A stretch of DNA of 64,000 bases, taken from positions 1,844,757-1,908,756 of the forward strand of contig NZ_OZ244793.1 of NCBI RefSeq assembly GCF_965219775.1. Reading direction: 5' to 3'. The DNA comes from Candidatus Poriferisocius sp. Its GTDB lineage: Bacteria > Actinomycetota > Acidimicrobiia > Acidimicrobiales > Bin134. The position numbers were made by a program, and so were the translations under genes. The notes below the pieces were generated by a model that did no database searches, was not told the origin of the DNA, and was given only the letters and a program-made list of their open reading frames with translations. The first letter of the stretch is position 1. Each line of letters opens with the position of its first letter. This document shows, one piece after another, positions 28,282 to 34,535 of the stretch.

Positions 28282-29298
28282 ATGGCTGGAACAGGCAAGG
28301 CCCACATGAGGGGCGATCAGGCCCTGGTGTCGGTGGAGGACCTGGTGGTGGAGTTCCCCGCCGGTAGACGAGCGGTGGTCCACGCCGTGTCGGGCATCAG
28401 CTTCGACATCCTGGAGGGCGAGACCCTGGGCGTGGTGGGCGAGTCGGGCTGCGGCAAGTCCACCACCGGTCGGGCCATGATGCAGTTGCCGTCCCCCACG
28501 TCGGGATCGGTGCGCTTCGACGGGGTGGAGATGACCGATCTGTCCAAGGAGGACCTGCGCCGGACCCGCACCCGGATGCAGATGATCTTCCAGGACCCGA
28601 TTTCGTCGCTGAATCCCCGGCGCAAGGTGAAGGACATCGTGGCCGAGGGCTTGTCGATCTGGCACAACGACAGCGGTGCCCAGTCGTCCCAGAAGGTGAA
28701 CGAGGTGCTCGACGCCGTGGGGCTCGACCCCGAGGTGGTGTCCGACCGGCGGCCCCACCAGTTCTCCGGGGGCCAGTGCCAGCGCATCTGCATCGCCCGG
28801 GCCCTGGTGCTCGACCCCAAGGTGATCATCTGCGACGAGCCGGTGTCGGCCCTCGACGTATCGGTGCAGGCCCAGATCCTCAACCTGCTGGAGGAGATGA
28901 AGGACCGTTACGGGCTGACGCTGGTGTTCATCGCCCACGACCTGGCCGTGGTCAAGAACGTGTCCGACCGGGTGGTGGTGATGTATCTGGGCAAGGTGTG
29001 CGAGGTGGCCGGCCCCGACACCCTCTACGCCCATCCCGCCCACCCCTACACCGACGTGCTGCTGGCCTCCATTCCCGAGCCCGACCCCGACCAGCCGGTG
29101 TCCGACCGCCAGATCACCGGCGAGCTGCCGTCGCCCATCAACCCGCCGTCGGGATGTCGGTTCCGCACCCGGTGCGAGAAGGTGCAGGACTTGTGCTCCA
29201 CCGAGGAGCCGGAACTCCGGGAGATCGCCCCCGACCACTACGTGGCCTGCCATTTCCCCAATGAGGTGCCCGTCAGCGTCAACGGCAACGGCGCGTAG
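28282..29298 (+). CDS. oligopeptide/dipeptide-type ABC transporter ATP-binding protein (DppF/OppF-like)
   Basis: ATG after GAGGAGG. Walker A GESGCGKST, FSGGQCQRI, and C-terminal GCRFRTRCEKVQDLC. Confidence 0.85.
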   Translation: MAGTGKAHMRGDQALVSVEDLVVEFPAGRRAVVHAVSGISFDILEGETLGVVGESGCGKSTTGRAMMQLPSPTSGSVRFDGVEMTDLSKEDLRRTRTRMQMIFQDPISSLNPRRKVKDIVAEGLSIWHNDSGAQSSQKVNEVLDAVGLDPEVVSDRRPHQFSGGQCQRICIARALVLDPKVIICDEPVSALDVSVQAQILNLLEEMKDRYGLTLVFIAHDLAVVKNVSDRVVVMYLGKVCEVAGPDTLYAHPAHPYTDVLLASIPEPDPDQPVSDRQITGELPSPINPPSGCRFRTRCEKVQDLCSTEEPELREIAPDHYVACHFPNEVPVSVNGNGA

Positions 29299-29302
29299 TC
29301 GC

Positions 29303-29332
29303 CGACCCTGTTGCTACAGGGCTACAGGGTCG
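29303..29332. terminator. hairpin between the convergent dppF-like and GNAT genes (no U-tract)
   Basis: CGACCCTGT (29303-11) pairs with ACAGGGTCG (29324-32). An alternative shorter pairing uses the first ACAGGG. It is embedded in three copies of CTACAGGG. Confidence 0.35.
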
Positions 29333-29767
29333 CTACAGGGTGTAGCGGTAGACGTTGGTGTCGCGAACCTCGAAGCCGAGGCGCAGATAGAGGCGGTTGG
29401 CGGCTTCCCTCGAGGGGCGGGAGGTGAGGTCCACGGTCACTGCGCCGGCTCGTTGTGCCATCTCCAACGCCACCTCGTTGAGGGCGCGGCCCACGCCCAG
29501 GCCGCGGTGGCTCTCGTCCACCACCACGTCCTCGATGATGGCCCGCAACCCGGTGGGGATGCGCACCACCACCAGGGTCAGGCTGCCAACGATGTCGCCG
29601 TTGCCGGAGCGGGCCACCAACAGCCGGGTGGCGTCCGAGGCGACAATCTCGCCCAGGGCCTCAGCCGACGGCGGGGGGTTGGACGACGACAACTGCGGGG
29701 TCAGTCGCCGGAAGGCCTCCTCCAGCTCGGTGTTGACCTCGGTGGCCTCGGTGACCTCAACCGCCAT
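29333..29767 (-). CDS. GNAT-family N-acetyltransferase
   Basis: 144 aa with the acetyl-CoA motif HRGLGVGRALNEVALEMAQRAG. Confidence 0.85.
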   Translation of the reverse strand: MAVEVTEATEVNTELEEAFRRLTPQLSSSNPPPSAEALGEIVASDATRLLVARSGNGDIVGSLTLVVVRIPTGLRAIIEDVVVDESHRGLGVGRALNEVALEMAQRAGAVTVDLTSRPSREAANRLYLRLGFEVRDTNVYRYTL

Positions 29768-29876
29768 GGCGGGAGACTACCGACCCGGAGGCTCGTCGGC
29801 ATTCACCCAGAACACGTCACCCGATGCCGCTGAGTCCAAGAAGGAGAACCGGGGCGGGGGGCGATAGTTTGGGCGG

Positions 29877-30767
29877 GTGCCGTTGACCACCTGGCTACGA
29901 GGGACACCCGGCGGGCGACCGGCCCTGGTGGCCGCGTTCACCGGGTGGAACGATGCGGGCGACGCCGCCTCGGGGGCCTTGGCGTGGCTGGCCGCACGTT
30001 GGGAGACCAGCGATCTGGCCACGCTGGATCCCGAACCCTTCTACGACTTCGCCGACACCCGCCCCCAGCTCCAACTCAACGACGACGGCACCCGCTCGCT
30101 CATCTGGCCCAGCAACGACCTGCTGGCCGCCACCATCCCCGGCGTCGAAACCGCCGACGGCGACGACACCGAGGTTGCCTTGCTGGTGGGCACGGAGCCG
30201 CAACTCAAGTGGCGGACCTTCAGCCAACAGATCGTGGAGATGGCCCGACGGCTCGACAGCCCCATGGTGGTCACCGTCGGGGCCTTGCTGGCCGACGTAC
30301 CCCACACCCGACCCACCCCCATCTACGGCAGCAGCGACAATCCGGCCGTGGCCGAACAACTGGGGCTCACACCGTCGGCCTACGAGGGACCCACCGGCAT
30401 CGTGGGAGTGCTCCACAACGCCTGTTCCCGAGCGGGACTGCACACCGCCTCGCTGTGGGCGGCGGTGCCGGGCTACGCCTCGGAGATCCCCTCTCCCAAG
30501 GCCTCGCTGGCCCTCATACGCAGGCTGGGGACGCTGCTCGACATCTCACCCGAAACTTCCGAGCTGGAGGAAATGGCCGAAAGCTACGAACGTCACGTGT
30601 CCGAGTTGGCCGCCCAAGCCGACGAGACCTCCGACTACATCGCCCAACTGGAGAGCGCCTACGACCAACAGGCCGAGGAATCCGACGAGATGGACGACAT
30701 GAGCTCCACCGACCCCGACGAACTCGTCCACCAAATCGAACAATTCCTCCGCGACCAACCCACCTGA
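29877..30767 (+). CDS. PAC2-family (proteasome-assembly-chaperone-like) protein
   Basis: GTG start. LVAAFTGWNDAGDAASGA and an acidic C-terminal tail are typical of actinobacterial PAC2 proteins. Confidence 0.8.
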   Translation: MPLTTWLRGTPGGRPALVAAFTGWNDAGDAASGALAWLAARWETSDLATLDPEPFYDFADTRPQLQLNDDGTRSLIWPSNDLLAATIPGVETADGDDTEVALLVGTEPQLKWRTFSQQIVEMARRLDSPMVVTVGALLADVPHTRPTPIYGSSDNPAVAEQLGLTPSAYEGPTGIVGVLHNACSRAGLHTASLWAAVPGYASEIPSPKASLALIRRLGTLLDISPETSELEEMAESYERHVSELAAQADETSDYIAQLESAYDQQAEESDEMDDMSSTDPDELVHQIEQFLRDQPT

Positions 30768-30776
30768 CCTCCCCCC

Positions 30777-31646
30777 GTGCCCGACAACCAGAGCAACGAA
30801 GACGACACAGCCCAAGCCCCAGCAGACCTCGCCGGACAGGTCCGGGACATCACCGTCAGCGGCCTACCCCCCGGCTACGACTACAAGGCAACCCGCCACG
30901 CCGATGTCATTCTCAAGGAGGCCTTTCCCAACCGATTTCACGACCTGAGAAGGGCACTGGAGCAATTCAATCCCACTCTCGATGAACTTAGAAGGGGCGG
31001 GGGTGGAAGAACTGTCTTCGTGAAGCGGTTCGATGAGTCTCTGGCTACTCAACTCGAGCAAGACACCAGAATCTGGGGTAAGCAGAAAATCTCCATCGAA
31101 AAGGCAATTGGATTCGAAGGCAACCTGACACCTGTGTCGAAAGTAAGGAGCCATGAGATCGATATGTTCGGCCTCGGATCCCTGGAGCAGCCACTTCCTG
31201 GCATCGCGGTAGAGATGGAATGGAACAACAAGGATCCCTTCTTCGATCGTGACCTCATCAACTTCCAAGCACTTCACCACGAGGGGGCAATCGCCGTCGG
31301 GGTCGTTGTCACCCGAGGTAGAGGTCTTCAAGACCTCATTTCGGGCGTCATACAGAGCAAGGATGGTGGGTTCAAGTACGGTGGATCCACCACCCACTGG
31401 GACAAACTGATCCCCAGAGTCAACCTCGGTGGCGGTGGCGAGTGTCCGCTTCTGCTCATAGGCATTCTGCCCGAACGCATCCAAGGCATCGAGCTGGCCG
31501 AGAGAGTCCGGGCGAAATTGGATGAAGCTGAAACACTGAGAGCGTCGTGGCGTGACACTTTTGCTAGTTGGGAAGAAGCCAAGCCAATCTATGAGGAAAT
31601 GCGTAGAGAGGCGTTTGGCCTCATGCCACCTGTTGGAAGCGAGTGA
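30777..31646 (+). CDS. type II restriction endonuclease, BglII/BamHI-fold (predicted)
   Basis: YKATRHADVILKE resembles the BglII N-terminus (YNHADEILNP). EIDMFG...GIAVEMEWNNKDPFFDRDLINF...AIAVGVVVTRG parallels BglII IDFGKRDTLVEVQFSNYPFLLNN...KVAIIITKG. It is convergent with a methyltransferase, and GC is visibly lower than in the flanks. Confidence 0.6.
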   Translation: MPDNQSNEDDTAQAPADLAGQVRDITVSGLPPGYDYKATRHADVILKEAFPNRFHDLRRALEQFNPTLDELRRGGGGRTVFVKRFDESLATQLEQDTRIWGKQKISIEKAIGFEGNLTPVSKVRSHEIDMFGLGSLEQPLPGIAVEMEWNNKDPFFDRDLINFQALHHEGAIAVGVVVTRGRGLQDLISGVIQSKDGGFKYGGSTTHWDKLIPRVNLGGGGECPLLLIGILPERIQGIELAERVRAKLDEAETLRASWRDTFASWEEAKPIYEEMRREAFGLMPPVGSE

Positions 31647-31666
31647 AATTATGGAGGCTCGATTGC

Positions 31667-32518
31667 TCAGCGATAGGCAGGGTAGGTCTGGCCTCTTGGG
31701 GTGACGCCCTCTTCAGCTTCAAGGCCCCAGGAGACCCAGCCTGCTCTTGGGTAGCGGGCGAACATTTCCAGGTAGGGGCCAGGGGAACAGCCTTCAATGA
31801 TCTCATATTGCTCATCGGGCTTGCGCGAATGCTCCCGCTTGCGGGTTTCGATCATGTTCACCTGGCTGCGGCCGGGTGCCAGGGTTCTCATGCTGCCCCG
31901 GACCCCGAACAAGATCAGCTCGGTGACGTTACGGAAGTAGAACCCGACTCCTCTACCGTCGGGCCCACCGTCCTTGCGTCGCTTGGCCCACACGATGTTC
32001 GACTTGTAGGTGAAGCCCCAGGACTCCATCACCTGCAGCCCGTCGGCTATCAGCGCGTTCGGCACCCACAGATAGAGGTGTGCCTTGTCGGACACGATCT
32101 CCGGAAGGGGAAGGGCCCGAATCTCGGCAGTGGTCATCGTGTCGTACCGGGAGAGCCGCCGATGCTCGGGGGCGACCTTGCCGGTGCGGTTCATGAACCG
32201 CCAGGGTGGATCAGCGAGGACCGTGGAGAACGGCCCTCCCTCCAGCAAGCGAAGATCGTCGGCCACTGGCAAGGCCCCTGGCTTCGGCTCGGCCGCCGCA
32301 GCCAACTCTTCCCTCGACTTGGGCAACACCCGGATTTCGTGTCCCAGCACATCGGCCAGAGCGGCCAGGGTGGAAATCTGCGGGTTGTGACCGTTGCCGG
32401 AAAGCAGCCGCCGGACCGATGCGGGCTGCGTGCCGGCCAGCCGGGCCAACTCGGACTTCGACAGCCCCGCCCTGCGGCGGGCGTCGTCCAACTCCGTCAA
32501 CAACACGTTCGAGGCCAT
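31667..32518 (-). CDS. MT-A70-family DNA N6-adenine methyltransferase with an N-terminal XRE-type HTH domain
   Basis: The N-terminus LSKSELARLAGTQPASVRRLLSG is an HTH. The catalytic DPPW motif (VLADPPWRF) and the downstream NVTELILFG...HSRKP are typical of MT-A70. Confidence 0.85.
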   Translation of the reverse strand: MASNVLLTELDDARRRAGLSKSELARLAGTQPASVRRLLSGNGHNPQISTLAALADVLGHEIRVLPKSREELAAAAEPKPGALPVADDLRLLEGGPFSTVLADPPWRFMNRTGKVAPEHRRLSRYDTMTTAEIRALPLPEIVSDKAHLYLWVPNALIADGLQVMESWGFTYKSNIVWAKRRKDGGPDGRGVGFYFRNVTELILFGVRGSMRTLAPGRSQVNMIETRKREHSRKPDEQYEIIEGCSPGPYLEMFARYPRAGWVSWGLEAEEGVTPRGQTYPAYR

Positions 32519-32520
32519 CT

Positions 32521-32630
32521 GATTCTGACCGTAACACCTGAGTTACGTCTCCTGGGGTATTTGGGGGGCGCTTCCGAGCCCGAGTGAGAGCGCCACCATA
32601 CAGACGCCCGGTGACAGCTTGCGCGCTCCC
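32521..32630 (-). repeat. copy A of a ~110-bp upstream module (promoter/5' leader) directly preceding the methyltransferase start
   Basis: Aligns base-for-base at offset 1135 with 33656..33765, with scattered mismatches. It contains TGTCAC-N10-TATGGT and the hairpin GGCGCT...AGCGCC. Confidence 0.75.
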
Positions 32631-32662
32631 TGCCACGCGACACGTTTCTGCCGCCCGGCACC

Positions 32663-33622
32663 TCACCGGATTTCGGGGTCCGGGCCGTCGGAGAAGGCCC
32701 AGCCGATAACCCGAGCGGCGCGAGCAGGCCTGCTCTTGGGTGCCGACGCAAGCCGCTTGCGGAAGAGCTCTTCAAGGTTCTCAACGGCAGGCGGGGCGTC
32801 GGCCCAAACCAGCTCGTCGTAGCCTTCTGGCTTCAGGGGGGCGCCCTCGCCATCTGGGATCATCCCGTAGAGGTCCCAGGATCGGTACCTGATCATGTCG
32901 CGGACCACAGGATGCGTGTCGGTGGTCTTGGCGAGGAAAGCCGGGGTGCAACACACGTTCCACAGGGCCGTGTAGGAGTGAGGATCCTTTGAGGTCGGCC
33001 AGACGTGGTTGAACTGCACGTCCGGCCCCTTCTTACGCTGTGCCGCCCACAAGAACACACGAGTCGGTGTGGTGTTGTCGTCGTAGAGCACGGTCCCATG
33101 GGGCGGCAGTTCGGCGATCTCATCGCGCCTGGTTGCGTCGCGCACCACGGGGAAGATCGCCTTGCCCTCGGACTGTTCCACTGTTGCAGGATCGAGGAAG
33201 ATCGTATGGGCAGCCACCGCAGCCTCGACCGAGCGGTAGCCGGCGCCCGCCAACACCTCATCGAGGAGCTTCGCCCCATCCTGAATCACCGGTCTGGACC
33301 CTCGACGGCCGGACGCTGACAGCCGAAATGGTGCCGAGCCTCCCGCCTCAGTCCCGCCCACCGACCCAGCAGTTGGATCCAGGGCTGCCCTGCGGTACTG
33401 CCCCCGCCCAATTCGCTCGAGGTCTGCCCATCCGTAGCTTGATACTCCGCGCACCATGTGACTGCATACGTGGTTCCTGATCGTGGACGACTTCCAACGG
33501 GACCAGTTCGACTCAACCTCCCGGACGATTTCTTCGACCGCAAACACCTGTGGGCCGTGCTGGCCCTCAAGAAGGCTCATCGCCTCCATGACTGCTTCCC
33601 TGCACGTCCTAGGCTGCATCAT
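32663..33622 (-). CDS. hypothetical protein: N-terminal winged-helix-like domain plus uncharacterised C-terminal domain (possible His-Me/HNH-like nuclease; speculative)
   Basis: 319-aa ORF. The N-terminus (CREAVMEAMSLL...TIRNHV...LERIGRGQYRR) resembles Mrr_N-type wHTH domains. The C-terminus has DVQFNHVWP...LWNVCCTPAFLAKTTDTH. It is preceded by repeat copy B. I recognise no confident family. Confidence 0.55.
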   Translation of the reverse strand: MMQPRTCREAVMEAMSLLEGQHGPQVFAVEEIVREVESNWSRWKSSTIRNHVCSHMVRGVSSYGWADLERIGRGQYRRAALDPTAGSVGGTEAGGSAPFRLSASGRRGSRPVIQDGAKLLDEVLAGAGYRSVEAAVAAHTIFLDPATVEQSEGKAIFPVVRDATRRDEIAELPPHGTVLYDDNTTPTRVFLWAAQRKKGPDVQFNHVWPTSKDPHSYTALWNVCCTPAFLAKTTDTHPVVRDMIRYRSWDLYGMIPDGEGAPLKPEGYDELVWADAPPAVENLEELFRKRLASAPKSRPARAARVIGWAFSDGPDPEIR

Positions 33623-33655
33623 GAGTCTCCAACTCCGGGTTCGAGAGTAGACCTC

Positions 33656-33765
33656 GATCCTGACCGCAACATCTGGATGAAGTCTCCTGGGGCATTTGAG
33701 GGGCGCTTCCGAGCCCGAGTGAAAGCGCCACCCTACAGACGCCCGGTGACAACTCCCGCGCCTCA
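33656..33765 (-). repeat. copy B of the ~110-bp upstream module, 33 nt upstream of the hypothetical gene start
   Basis: See copy A. It contains GTTGTCAC-N10-TAGGGT and the hairpin GGCGCTT...AAGCGCC. Confidence 0.75.
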
Positions 33766-33928
33766 GCCCCGCAACAGAGTTCTGCTGCTCAGTGAACGGG
33801 GGGTGGGTCTGTGAGCGCCCGCTGGTTGTCGCGTTCTGCGCTCATCGAAATTCGCGTTGTCGTGGGGGGTGTGGGTGGCTGGGACCCCCCCGGACAGCCC
33901 CAACACACCACCGGTTGTCGCGACGGAT

Positions 33929-33943
33929 CAGCCATGATGGCTG
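33929..33943. promoter_or_regulatory. perfect palindrome CAGCCAT-G-ATGGCTG (operator-like)
   Basis: 7-bp arms with a 1-nt spacer, read directly. It lies within an array of GTTGTC(G/A) motifs in non-coding DNA. Confidence 0.3.
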
Positions 33944-34026
33944 GTTGTCATGTCAGCGACCGACCGGTGGTGGCCGTCGTGTTATTCTGAGCGAACCCCA
34001 CCGAGGTGAGCAGCCTCGGCCTGACG

Positions 34027-34057
34027 GCCCCAACCACCTGGTTGGGGCTGTTTCTTT
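34027..34057 (+). terminator. intrinsic terminator-like hairpin with a T-rich tail, with no annotated gene upstream
   Basis: GCCCCAACC-acct-GGTTGGGGC (9-bp stem) is followed by tgTTTCTTTg. A second hairpin CCGAGG-tgagcag-CCTCGG (34001..34019) precedes it. Confidence 0.5.
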
Positions 34058-34355
34058 GCCGGGCTGGGACGGCGCGGGTTGAGATCGGCTGGCGCATGGG
34101 GGTGGTGGTCTCGGGGCCCCGGAATGTCCGCGACCTGCGTGCGGCAGTGCTCAAGCCTGAGGGCATTCCTCAGGCTCCAGCAAGTGGGGAGGCAATCCAA
34201 GTACCGGGGCGGTCGCCGCGGCCGTGCGGGCCCACGAAGGGGCGCCATGAGCCGGCCGGTTACTCGCAGCATCTGACTGACCCAGTGCTCGGCACGGATT
34301 ACCCGGTCCGGTCGTGTGGGGATGGACCTCTTCTTCTGGTGGGGCAGGGGGATGT

Positions 34356-34377
34356 TGTCACTGGTGGTGGGTAGGGT
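34356..34377 (+). promoter_or_regulatory. promoter-like module TGTCAC-N10-TAGGGT
   Basis: It has the same architecture and the same flanks (GTTGTCAC...TAGGGTGG) as the module in repeat copy B. Confidence 0.3.
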
Positions 34378-34457
34378 GGGGGCATGGATTTTGGGGTTGT
34401 GACCTGGGGTTTTGTGCCGACCGGTGGGTCGGGGAGGACCGATGTTCGGTTGGGTTG

Positions 34458-34478
34458 TGTCACCGGGGCCGGTAGAAT
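34458..34478 (+). promoter_or_regulatory. promoter-like module TGTCACCGGGG-N4-TAGAAT upstream of the DUF222-HNH gene
   Basis: TAGAAT is a -10-like hexamer 58 nt upstream of GTG 34536. TGTCACCGGG is shared with repeat copies A and B. Confidence 0.4.
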
Positions 34479-34535
34479 GACATCAGTGTTATTCAGCCCG
34501 GTTGGTCCGGGGGCCGTCTTCGGGGAGGAGGGGTC

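Noticed and set aside
32211-32666. 151-aa minus-strand ORF overlapping the methyltransferase 5' end and repeat copy A in another frame.
   Set aside because: The composition is Arg/Gly-rich with no motifs. It overlaps the well-supported HTH domain of the methyltransferase and is probably a frame shadow.
33822-33950. TTGTC-containing motifs as DnaA boxes or a replication origin. Similar TTGTC/GTTG strings occur at 24070..24155.
   Set aside because: Only the first 5 nt match the actinobacterial DnaA box TTGTCCACA. There are no dnaA, dnaN or AT-rich unwinding elements nearby. I kept it only as an unexplained motif array.
33934-33990. Mini-ORFs in the island's non-coding DNA: an 18-codon ATGATGGCT...TTCTGA (33934..33990) and a 12-codon ATGTTCGGT...GAATGA (34442..34480), the latter preceded by GGGGAGG.
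   Set aside because: They are too short to support from sequence alone and I cannot assess their conservation. They are mentioned only as possibilities within the non-coding-region finding.
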